From positions 173,354,001-173,418,000 of the forward strand of contig CM059425.1 of NCBI GenBank assembly GCA_030390025.1: DNA of 64,000 nt. Reading direction: 5' to 3'. Positions 49,976 to 61,360 of the stretch are shown one piece after another. The translations under genes and the position numbers were made by a program. This DNA is from Squalus acanthias. Lineage: Eukaryota. Position 1 is the first letter of the stretch; each line of letters begins with the position of its first letter. A model generated the notes under the pieces. It saw only the letters and a list, made by a program, of their open reading frames with translations, was not told the origin of the DNA and searched no databases.

Positions 49976-50635
49976 TATTGACCAATTGTCCTTCTATCTC
50001 CCTACTTTAAATGTTTAGTGCAATGTGGTTTGCTTACAGATGCATACCAGTTTGGCTTCTGAAAGCAAACACTGCCCCGTGGTTCGGTTTAAGTATTTTT
50101 ACCCCTCCTTCTACCTCACTTAGCGATTGAGGCATTTACTGTTGACACCAACTAAACTTTATAAACGGAAATTCCCTGACATCGAGTGCTGATTGACAGT
50201 TCTGTTATCCAATCAATTTCTTTGTTGGTGGTTTGTTTGGAACGTTACTAATGGGCATCATCCAATCAGTACATGGCAAAGGTGGGACTTACCACATATG
50301 AATATAAGAACATAAGAATTAGGAGCACGAGTAGGCCATATGGCCCCTTGAGCCTGCTCCGCCATTCAGTAAGATCATGGCTGATCTTCGACCTCAACAC
50401 CACTTTCCTGCCCTATTCCCATATCCCTTGATTCATCTGGAGTCCAAAAATCTATCTATCTCAGCCTTGAATATACTCAACGACTGAGCATCCACAGCAC
50501 TTTGGGGCAGGGAATTCCAAAGATTCACAACCCTCTGACTGAAGAAATTCCTCCTCATCTCAGTCTTAAAAGGCCGGCCCCTTATCCTGAGACCATGCCC
50601 CCTAGATCTAGACTCTCTAGCCAGGGGAAACAACA

Positions 50636-52432
50636 GGCTGAATTTTGCCGGCGCTCAGAGGGCGGATTTGGAGGCGGGTCTGCTCTCAAAATGGCAGTGA
50701 TTGACAGCGGGGCGGAAGTCCACTCTGAACCCGCCTCCTTGTTAATTTCCCAACTGCCGGCTCTGCCTGCGGTTTGCAGACCCGCCTCTAAGCGGCGGGT
50801 CAGGCAATTAAGATACTTAAGAAGCTGTTGAAAGGTATTTAAGCAGCATTTTACCAGGTCCTAACGACTTTACCATGTTTTTTTACGAGGTTCCCGGCGC
50901 TCGGGGATCACGTCAGGTTAGTATGTCGGGTTCTCAATGACTCTGCATTGCTGTGAATAGTTGACAGCTGCAAAAGTGGTATAAAAGCTACCATTTCACA
51001 GCTGTTCAATTTTCAATCTTAGAGGCTGGAGCCTTCAGGATTTGGAATACACTTTTCAGCTTTATGGAGGTTTGAAGTGTTTGGAGCAAACTCTCTATCC
51101 AGTGTCACCTCCTTGGAGCAACCTCTCTCACCATTGACAGATCGCTTCTGTCATCTCAACGTCAGCTGCCATCTATTCCATCAGCATCAGTGCCCTTGAA
51201 AAAATCTCACCTTGGTCCTCAGAATCCCACCACGATCAGCCCCAACACCAGCATCACCAGGCACAGCAGCAGCACCAGCAACAACACCAGCCTTCTCCGC
51301 AATCACCTGATGCTGCACAGGACACAGGGCATCAGCACCCGACCACATTGTTGCCCGGGACGCCAGGGATGGCCTCACCATGGCTAGATTTACTTCACTT
51401 GACACTGTACACCCTGGCTGCCACATGATGCACCAGGTTGGCACCACCCCACAACAACACCATAAAGCTTCCCTACAATGTCCAAGCCATTCCTTTCACA
51501 CTCATCACCATTGGGGGGAGGGGGGGGGTACCATTATGTCTCACCATTCATTGCAACTCACTAAGCCATTTCCAAAGGTGCACACAGATCTGTCCAAGAA
51601 AGCAAAGTGTTGAAAATAATGATTTCAATGTTTGACAACACATTAACAGAAACTTTACATGAACATTGGATAAAACACCCAACTGCCTATCCTTGTGTGT
51701 TGCTAGTTGGTATAATTGGACAAGGATGAGGGTGAGTGTGAGGGGTGGCTAGTGAGATGGGGAAGTGATAATGTAGATAGAGAGGGATGCGTGCAGGTGC
51801 AAGGTAAGTTGGTATGAGTAAGGGTGTGCAGGAGTAGGATAGGGAAGGCAGAGTGATGGGGATGTGATGAGAGGCACAGCAGGATGAGGTCGAGTGTGGC
51901 TTTGTACTAACGTTTCGTGATCTACTGAGATCATTGAAAGGTTTGCACCAATGCAGCCTGGTCCTCCTGACGACATCCCTGCTTGTGTCCTCCTGTGCAA
52001 TGTGCAATCAGGCTGTGTTGGTCTCCTGGGGAGATGTCTTCCACCCATTGGAAGGGAAGAGAACCTCCCTGCGTGCTGTGACTCCCTCCATAAGCATATG
52101 GAGGGAGTAATGGGAGAGCCTGGGTGCAGCCGTGCACCTTTGTGCAGTGCTTGTCAGTGTTTGCAGCACCTCAATGCTGCAGAACACTGACAGCACAACT
52201 GTCAAAATGATTGTGGACATGTTCCCTTTAAGGAAATCGGCTAATGACGTGTCATCCAATTATGTCATCAGACCCGCTTCCTATTAATTGACTGGGAACC
52301 TCACAGGGCGGGCTTAACAAGACCTATCAATGGAAAATATTTTTGGAGGCCGGGATCGAGACAGATGTGAAGTCCCCACATGCCATGGACGTTGCCCGCC
52401 CCGGACCCGCCAAGGTTGGAAAAATCCAGCCC
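50636..52432. mobile_element. Decayed, internally deleted Harbinger
   Basis: TIR-like GGCTGAATTTT / AAAATCCAGCC; Myb exon 1 remnant on minus (ARREVLFPSNG...KPFNDL); Gln-rich transposase N-terminal remnant on plus. Confidence 0.7.
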
Positions 52433-52873
52433 CATCTCTCAGTATTTATTCTGTCAATCCCCCTCAGAATCTTGTATGTTTCATGAGATCACATCTCATT
52501 CTTCTAAACTCCAGAGTCTATAGGCCCAATCTACTCAATCTCTCCTCTTGGACAATCCTCTCATCCCAGGAATCAATTTAGTGAACCTTTGTTACACCGC
52601 CTCTAAGGCAAGTATATTCTTCCTTAAATGAGGAGACCAAAACTGTGCACAGTACACCAGGTGTGGCCTCACCTGAGCCCTGTACAATTGTAGCAAGACT
52701 TCCTTCCTCTTGTACTCCAAACTCTTTGCAATAAAGGCCAACATGTCATTTGCCTTCTTAATTGCTTGCTGTACCTGCATGCTAACTTCCTGTGTTTCCT
52801 GTATGAGGACACCTAAATCTCCCTGAACACCAACATTTAATAGTTTCTCACCATTTAAAAAATATCCTTTCAG

Positions 52874-54188
52874 GAAAAGATAGCCCACAATAAGAGGGAA
52901 AGAGTGTCGACAGGAGGAGGCACACCATCCCTGGTGACATTGACAAATGCTGAGGAGGCTGCTCATGAGATCGTGGGAGGTGGCGAGGAGCTGGAAGTGG
53001 GGGATGTAGAAATGGGAGCACTAGATGAAGCTGGTGACAGAATGGATTTTCAACCCTCGCATTTGGATTTCATGATTGACTGCATTGGCATATGATGTTC
53101 ATAGAGATTGACTTTTGATCATCTGCTACCTAAAAATCAGATGTCTAACTCATGCCTTTACTCTCTCACAGGACCATCGAGAGCCCCCCTCCCCACTGTC
53201 CATGAGGAAGAGCCAGACGACTCCTCAGAGGAACCTGTAGCCTCTGAGGGAGCAGCGTCACCAGGACTCAGCGCACCCAGCACCAGTGCAGATACGCACA
53301 CCTCGGCGGGGCCTTCATGGCATAGAGTAGTGTTGTCACCTGGTGTATCACAGCTCACAAGTGAGCATCAGCAGATGGTGGAGACAGCGACAGCAGTGGA
53401 GAGTCCTAGTCGGAGGTCGCAGGACTCTCCTAGCTCTGCTCAGCTGCATGTAGACACTGTGCCTCTGGGGCCATCCAGAAAGAGAGCGGTGCTGGAACTC
53501 CAGGAACAAGTGCAGGAGTCTCTGACACGGTTTACATCCAGGGTAACTGCGAGTGTGCAGAGAATGGAGGAGTCCATCTCGAACATGAGCACTGCCTTTG
53601 TGGAGGCAATGATGCATGAACGTGCCGCCATGGAGAGAGTGGCAACCTCCATGGAGGACATAAGTCACCAGACTCAGGAGAACATGGTGACTCTTCTAAA
53701 TAGATGGTCTGCTATGAAGAATAGATGGGCATCTATTGAGGAGAGACACCAGAGGTACATGGACGTCCCCGTTATGAGGATTGTCAGTACAGAGACGGGG
53801 CCTCATGGCCCCACTGATGTGCAGTAAAGTGCTCTCCAGCCACTTGCTAGCACTGAAGTGCGGGTGACCCATGAGAGGGATGTTGGGTGGCAGACAACAA
53901 GGAAGTGTGGGCTCCTCTCCAAGAACTCACATGACCATGCCACTGCAGAGCCCTCGGTCAGAGCCCTAGATTCCTCACCCAACTGAGATGGCCGTCTCAG
54001 CCCCTGCACAGCCGCAGGAAGAGCAGACTGTTGCCGAGCCCTCCCAGGCTCCCAAACCCAGAGGACTCCCACCAAAGGTGTTTAAGCAGTCGCAGCTTCA
54101 AGGTGAGCAAGGTGCCTCTACATCTGCTGAAGCCACAGGGGAAGCACCACGTAGAAGCATGCGTAAGAAGAAGTTAACACACAAATAG
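52874..54188 (+). pseudogene. Harbinger Myb/SANT exons 2 (52874-53033) and 3 (53172-54188)
   Basis: EKIAHNKRERVSTGGG; exon 3 homologous to 27698-26597, with a stop and frameshift. Confidence 0.8.
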
Positions 54189-54473
54189 TCACAAGGGTAA
54201 TCACTTGGGTGTTTTGTTCTGTTGTAAAGTATCGATTGTCATCCTTTTGTGATGTGATTAAATAAAAGTGATGGCAAAGAGTTGAAGTTCTGGCCTATGT
54301 GTTCTGAGAAATGGAAGTTGCACAGTGAGGGCTCAGGGCGACTTGCATTTGTAATGATGGTACTGAGAGTGATAGGAAGGCACTGTTTATTGGAGAGATG
54401 ATGTATGGCATGTTAAGAAGGTCGTCCACACATTCATAGCCATATGCCAGCCACCTGTGATTGAAGCGTAAGC

Positions 54474-55822
54474 TTACGCGAATCTGGCATGGATGAGTGC
54501 ATCCCTTGCCTGATGGCCAGCAATGTAGTCGTGTGCTGCTGGATTGGCCACATCCGGCCCCGCAAGGAGAGCCTCCTCCTCCTCATCCTCATCCTTGTCC
54601 TCCTCCTCCTCCTCGGCCTCCTCCTCGTCCTCTTCCTCCTCCTCGGCCTCCTCCTCGTCCTCCTCCTCCTCCTCGGCCTCCTCCTCGTCCTCTTCCTCCT
54701 CCTCGTCCTCCTCCTCTTCTTCCGAGGAGGCTCTGCGCTGAGCCACTTGTTCCTCAGGCAGCACCAAGCCACGCTGCTATGCGATGTTGTGCAGAGCACA
54801 GCAGATGACGATGATTCTGGACACCCTGACTGGTGCATACTACAGGGCTCCACCAGATTTATCGAGGCATCGGAATCATATTTTGAGAGAGCCGATGGTT
54901 TGCTCTATGATGCTTCTGGTGGAAATGTGGCTCACATTGTACCGCTCCTCAGCTTCGTTTGATGGCGTCCTCATCGATGTCATGAGCCACTTTTTCAGGG
55001 GATAGCCCTTGTCACCAAATAGTCATCCAGAAAGTTGGGTTGACGGATTGAAGAGCTGAGGCACAGTAGACTGCCGCAGGATAAATGAATCATGGCAACT
55101 GCCAGGGTACTTGGCACAAACATGCATAATGTCCTTCCTGTGGTTACACACCAGCTGGACGTTAAGGGAGTGGAAGCCCTTGCGGTTGACAAAAACAGCT
55201 GGGTTGTGATGGGGTGCCCTAATGGCCACATGTGTGCAGTCTACGACGCCCTGCACCATTGGGAAGCCTGCCATATATGTAAAGCCAACCGCACGCGCGG
55301 TCACACTTGCTTCATCCGTGGAGAAGTGGATGTAATTGTGCATCTTTGCAAAGAGGGCATCGGTGGCCTGCGTGATGCAGGCGTCTGCGGCCAACAAGAG
55401 ATGTCGCTGATGTCTGCAGCTGATCCCTGGAAGGAGCCTGAAGCAAAGAAGTTGAGGGCGGTGGTGACTTTGACAGCCACTGGTAAGGAGTGTCCACCCG
55501 CTCCTCTGGGCTCCAGGTATTGGTGCAGCATTGCACAGATGTCAGCGACTACCTCTCACGAAAGTCTCAGCCTCCTTTGACACTGCTGCTCACTCATGTT
55601 GAGGAAGCTCATCCTCTGCCTGTAAACCCTGTGTTGGGGGTATATCCTGCAGCGAGGTGCAGGCCTGCGCTGACGCCCTCTGCCCTGTGCAGCATCAGGA
55701 GGCTGAGGAGAAGGTTGGCACTCCTGCTGTTGGTGCTGCTGATGTGCCTGGTTGCGCTGCTGCCACGGCTACTCTTCCTCCGAATCTGACGACCAGGATG
55801 AAAGGATACAAATGGTTCCCAT
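54474..55822 (-). pseudogene. Harbinger transposase pseudogene with an expanded acidic tail
   Basis: [40 protein letters not shown]; several frameshifts and stops; EEEEEDEEEA repeats at ~54570-54725. Confidence 0.9.
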
Positions 55823-57456
55823 ACCACTGGTATATATCTCAGTTGAGGAATGGAGGTTGTTTGCGCTCAGACAAAGTGGCCAGAGGGTGTTCCAAGGAGG
55901 TCACACTGCAGATGGATTTCAGCCTCAACACTCACAAGATTAGCAGAGCTGCAAAAAGTGTCCCAAACCTCAAAGCACTAAGTTGTGGCATCTGAAACTA
56001 TGAGAGATTGCAGGACCGCTTTTAAGCTGATCGAGCAGCTGCCAACAATTCAGGTCCTCGCTAAACCCGTCTCAATGCAGCTGGCGTGTTTTTCTGAAGG
56101 CGGGCAGCACGCAGAAAAAGCTGCAAAATCCGAACAGGCAGTTAAAATAAGATTATCCAGGCAGTTAACAAGCTGCTAACTGCCTTAAGTGCCTCTCCCG
56201 CCATTTGGTGTCGGGTCAGGTCGGGAGCCGCTAACCCGACACTTGCCAAATTAGCGTGGAGGCAGGATGGTGGCGGGTTCGCAGCCCACCGCCAATTTTT
56301 CCGATTTTTGCTACCGACCCACCTCCAAACCCGCCCTCTGTGGTTTATTAAATTCATGGCTATTAATATAGATTGTAAGTAGCTGTGACCCAAGCACTGA
56401 TCCTTGTGGCACCCCACTAGTTACAGCCTGCCAATCTGAAAATGACCCGTTTATCCCTACTTTGTGTTTTCTGTCTGTTAACCAATCCTTTATCCCTGCT
56501 AATACATTACCCCATACCCATGTGCCCTTATCTTGCTTAACAATCTTTTATGTGGCACCTTATCGAATGCCTTTTGGAAATCCAAATATACTACATCCAC
56601 TGGTTCCCCTGTATCTACCCTGCTAGTTTATCCTCAAAAAACTCTGATAAATTTGTCAAAGATGATTTACCTTTCATAAAACCATGTTGACTCCGCCTAA
56701 TCATATTATGATTTTCTAAGTGCCGTGTTACCACTTCCTTAATAATGGATTCCAGCATTTTCCCGACAGCTGATGTTAGGTTAACTGGCCTGTAGTTCCC
56801 TGTTTTCTCTCTCCCTCCTTTCTTGAATAGCGGGGTTACATTTGCTACCTTCCAATCTGCTGGGACTATTCCTGAATCTAGGGAATTTTTGGAAGATCAA
56901 AACCAATGCAGCCACTATCTCTGCAACTATCTCTTTTAGAACCCTTGAATGTAGGCCATCAGGTCCAGGGGGTTTGTCGGCTTTTAGTCCCATTAGTTTT
57001 TCAAGTACTTTTTCTCTACTGATATTAATTACTTTAAGTTCCTCGTTCTCATTAGCCACCTTGGTTCCCCACTATTTTTGGTATACCTTTTGTGTCTTCT
57101 ACTGTGAAGACAGATACAAAATATTTGTTTAAATTCTCTGCTATTTCCTTGTTCCCCAATATAATTTCTCCTGTCTCAGCCTCCAAGGGACCAATGCTTA
57201 CTTTTGCTACTCTTCCTTTTTACATACTTGTAGCAGCTCTTACAATCTGTTTTTTATATTTGTTGCTAATTTACTCTCATTCTATTTTCTCCCTTTTTAT
57301 CAATTTTTTGGTCATCCTTTGCTGGTTTCTAAAGCTCTCCGAATCCTCAGGCTTATTACTATTCTTTGCAACATTATAAGCCTTTTCTTTTAATCTAATA
57401 TTATCCTTTACTTCTTTAGTTAGCCACGGATGGATCACCTTTCCCGTGGAGTTTTT

Positions 57457-59540
57457 GGCCACGATTTCCCCTACCTGGGCGGGCCGCGAGCCCGTTGCTG
57501 CCTTCATCCCGCTGCAAGAAAAGACTTTGCCGTAATGGGACTTGTTATGCCTGCCCAGTGCATTACCCGGCCTAGTTAAAAGGTGTGTGTCTGGTGACGT
57601 CAGCGCTGATGCATCTGGTGCCAGTATATTTAAAGGGGCCATGGCCTCATTTGATTTCACTTCTCATTTAGGATTGTTGAACCTACTGTGAGTGCATGTT
57701 TGGCTCTAACATGAGTTCACAGAAATGAGAAGTCGCACAACACCAGGTTATAGTCCAACAGATTTATTTAATTTTGCAAGATTTCGGAGCTATTCGCTCC
57801 TTCCTCAGGTAAGTTAGCAGTGAGAGAATCTCCCAGAATTCACAATTTAAACACAGACAAAATCTATTCAAATCTTTCCCTACATCAAAGACACACTAAG
57901 AGTACAGCCAAGACAATGAGATGTGTCCCAGGGGGTCCTCCACATCATGAGTTCACAGAGGCAGAGGGCTGCTCCACGATTCTGAGATGACTCCCTCCAT
58001 GTGCTTGTGGACGGAGTCCGAGCACGCAGGGAGGTTATCTTCCCTGCCAGTGGCTGCAAGAGACCTCTCCAGGAGGAGGCTGCCCTGGAGATTACTGGAG
58101 CGGTCGACCAGCTGGAAGTGGGGGACAGAGAGAGGGGCTCATCAGAACAACCTGGTGACAGAATCAATTTCCATACAGCTACATGGCATTCATCAGTCAC
58201 TCATATGGGGGCTGATATCAAGAGATATTGAATGCTCATCATGTGCATAATGGTATCTGTATGCAATCTACATATGATATATCTAACCGATCTCTTTACT
58301 TTCCCACAGGTCCATCAAGAGCCTCCACCCCCCACTGTCCAGGAGGAAGAGCGAGAGCACTCCTCAGAGGAGCCTCCAGCCTCTGAGGGTGCAGCGTCAC
58401 CAGAGACAAGGCAAGCCAGCACCAGCGCAGATATACAGACCTCGGTGGGTCCCTCGTGAGATAAAGTAGTGTTGTCACCTGGTGTCTCATACAGCACACG
58501 TGAGCAAGAGCAGATGGTGGAGACAGGGTCAGCAGTGGAGACTCCTCGTCGGAGGGCGCAGGAGTCTCCTAGCTCTGTTCAGCTGCATGCAGACGCTGAG
58601 CCTCGGGGGCCATCCAGAAAGAGGGCGATCCTGGAGCTGCAAGAACAAGTGCAGGAGGCTCTGACAGGTTTTGCAAGCGCAGTGAGTGTGAGTGCTCAGA
58701 GAATTGAGGAATCCTCTCCAACATGAGCACCAGCGTGGTGCAGGCAATCGTGGCTGTAGGCTTCTCCATAGATAGGATGGTCACCTGCATGGAGGACCTA
58801 ATGCACTAGTCGCACGAGCACATGGTCTCTATGCAAAATAGATGGGCATCTATGGAGGATAGAAACCAAAGGCTCATAGACATCCTTTCTAGGAGGAATG
58901 TCAGTATAGAGGTGGGTCCTCGTAGCCCCACTGATGTGCAGCAAGGTGCTCTCCAGCTATTTGCTAGCAGAGAAGTACGGGTGACCCGTGAGAGGGATAA
59001 TGGTGGGAGGGGACATGGAAGTGGTGGCTCCTCTCCAAGCGCTCACACTTCTCCCCCCTTGCCAACTCCTCGGTCAGAGCCCCAGATGCCTCCTCAGACA
59101 CCGATGGCCGAGTCTGCCCCTGCACAGTTGCAGGAAGAGCAGACTGTGGAGGAGCCCTCCCAGGCTCCAAAACCCAGAGGACGAATGCCAAAGGCATCTA
59201 AGCAGGTGCAGCAGGGAAGTGAAGAGGCTGCCTCTACCTCTACCTTTGCTGAAGCCACAGGGGTACCACCACATAGAAGCACGCGGAAAAGAAAGATGCC
59301 ACACAAGTAGAGTCACTTGGGTGTTTTCTTAAATGTTATTGTAAAGTTTACGTTCAATTCATCTTTTGTATTAAATAATTTATTGTGAAAACTTTGCAGT
59401 TCTTGACAAATTTGTGTGCACAATTGGAAGTGGCAGAGTGAACAGTCAGGATTACTTTAAGCTACTGCAATGGTGGTGACTGTGAAAAGAATGGACTGGT
59501 CATTGTAGGGATGCTTTATGGTGTTGCTGTGGGGTGATGC
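57457..59540 (+). mobile_element. Harbinger fragment (E): left end and Myb pseudogene
   Basis: TIR-like GGCCACGATTTCC; exon 1 fused by deletion to late exon 2; exon 3 (58310-59310) homologous to elements B and D. Confidence 0.78.
57724..57945 (-). mobile_element. Short Penelope terminal insertion with a degenerate hammerhead
   Basis: 14-bp TSD CATGAGTTCACAGA (57710-57723, 57946-57959); matches the terminus at 6580-6810. Confidence 0.85.
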
Positions 59541-59544
59541 CTAC

Positions 59545-59812
59545 CTCGCTACACATGTGCCAGCCAGGTCACTAGTCCCGGCCCGGTTTAAATGGAACAG
59601 CTCCCTCTTTCCCCAGTACTGGTGCCAGTGCCCCACAAATCAAAACCCCTTCCTCCCACACTACTCTTTGAGCCACGCCTTTAACTCTCTGATCTGCTTG
59701 TCCCTATGCCAATTTGCGTGTGGCTCAGGTAACAATCCAGAGATTATTACCTTTGAGGTTCTGCTTTCTAATTTGGACCCTAACTCCTCAAACTTTCTCA
59801 GCAGAACCTAGT
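59545..59812 (-). pseudogene. CR1 ORF1 esterase fragment
   Basis: Reverse complement encodes ...VIISGLLPEP...FVGHWHQYWG.RELFH, as in the ORF1 at 1479. Confidence 0.75.
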
Positions 59813-59821
59813 TCTACCTAC

Positions 59822-61360
59822 ACAATAGCAAAATACTGCGGATGCTGGAAATCCGAAATAACAACAAAAAACGCTGGAAAAACTCAGCAGGCCAGGCAGC
59901 ATCCGTGGAGAGAGAAACAGAGTTAACGTTTCAGGTCGAAGACCTTTCATCAGAACTGGAAAAAAGCAGGAAATGGAATAGATTTTAAAGCAAGTTTAGG
60001 GGCTGGGAAAAGGGGGAGGGGATGAAAGAACAAAAGGGAAGGTCAGTGATAGGATAGAAAGCAGGAGAGATTAAGAGACATTGAGAGACATTAAGAGATA
60101 TTCAAGGCAAGAGGAGGTGGTAATGGGACAGGTTAAGGAACAAAGGATGGCTCTAGATGAAGTGTGAATTGCGCTGGCAGAATGAAGGACAGCTGCCATG
60201 TGGGAGGGAAGAAAAAAAGGCCAAACAAAAAGTGTGGAGATATATATATATATATATGATAGGGGCCGAGGTTATGATCTGAAATTGTTGAACTCTATGT
60301 TGAGTCCAGAGGGCTGTAGGGTGCCTAATCGAAAGATGAGGTGCTGTTCCTCGAGCTTACGCTGAGCTTCTGTGGAACAATGCAAGAGGCCGAGGACGGT
60401 GAGGTCTGAGTGGGAGTGGAGTGGAGAATTAAAGTGACAGGCCACTGGGAGCTCGGGGTCCCCCTTACGGACTGAACGGAGGTGTTCCGCAAAGCGGTCA
60501 CCCAATCTGCGTTTGGTCTCCCCAATGTAGAGGAGACCGCATCGTGAGCAGTGAATACAGTATACTAAATTGCAAGAAGTACAAGTAAATCGCTGTTTCA
60601 CCTGGAAGGGGTGTTTGGGGCCCTGGACAGTGGGAAGGGGGGAGGTATAAGGGCATGTATTGCATCTCCTGCGTTTGCACAGGAAGGTGCCGGGCGAAGG
60701 GGAAGGGGTGCTGGGGGTGTTAGAGGAGTGGACTAGGGTGTCGTGGAGGGAGCGGACCCTACGGAATGCTGAAAGGGGAGGTGAGGGGAAGATGTGTTTG
60801 GTGGTGGGATCACGCTGGAGGTGGCGAAAATGGCGGAGGATGATCCGTTGAATGTGGAGGCTGGTGGGGTGAAAGGTGAGGACAAGGGGAACTCTATCGT
60901 GGTTCCGGGAGGGAGGGGCAGGGGTGAGGGCAGAAGTGCGGGAGATAGAATGGACACGGTCGAGGGCCGTGTCAACCGCAGTAGAGGGGAATCCTCAGTT
61001 GAGGAAAAAGGAAGACAGGTCAGAAGCACTGGTATGGAAGGTGGCATCATCAGAGCAGATGCGGCGGAGAAGGAGAAACTGGGAGAATGGAATAGAGTCC
61101 TTACAGGAGGCGGGGTGGGAGGAAGTGTAGTCCAGGTAGCTGTGGGAGTCAGTGGGCTTGTAGTGAATATTTGTCAATAACCTATCCCCAGAGATGGAGG
61201 CGGAGAAGTCGAGGAAGGGAAGGGAAGAGTCGGAGATGGACCATGTGAAGGTGAGGGAAGGGTGGAAATTGGAAGTAAAGTGAATGAAATTTTCTAGTTC
61301 AGGGCGAGAGCAGGAGACGGCATCGATACAGTCATCAATGTACCGGAAAAAGAGGTGAGG
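59822..61360 (-). mobile_element. Penelope-like retroelement (RT C-terminal half, GIY-YIG, terminus), 5'-truncated and frameshifted
   Basis: RYIDDC at ~61328-61345, YKPTDSHSYL, LVYCIHC...LYIGETKRRLGDRFAEH, GLNIEF. Confidence 0.92.
59921..59957 (-). ncRNA. Minimal hammerhead ribozyme with a canonical core
   Basis: AGTT-CTGATGA-A-AGGTC-TTC-GACCT-GAAA-CG-TT-AACT, with palindromic AACGTT. Confidence 0.8.

Larger units (their letters stand above)
52866..56361. mobile_element. Harbinger pseudo-element (D) lacking its left end
   Basis: Myb exons 2-3 on plus, transposase pseudogene on minus, right terminus ...AAATTCATGGCT. Confidence 0.85.
50303..57455 (-). mobile_element. CR1 in pieces (50303-50634, 52434-52865, 56362-57455), interrupted by Harbinger derivatives
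   Basis: Colinear RT segments; a few hundred bp are missing between 52865 and 56362. Confidence 0.8.

Noticed and set aside
54434..54962. Arg-, Pro-, Leu- and Ser-rich ORFs
   Set aside because: Alternative frames of the poly-Glu minisatellite.
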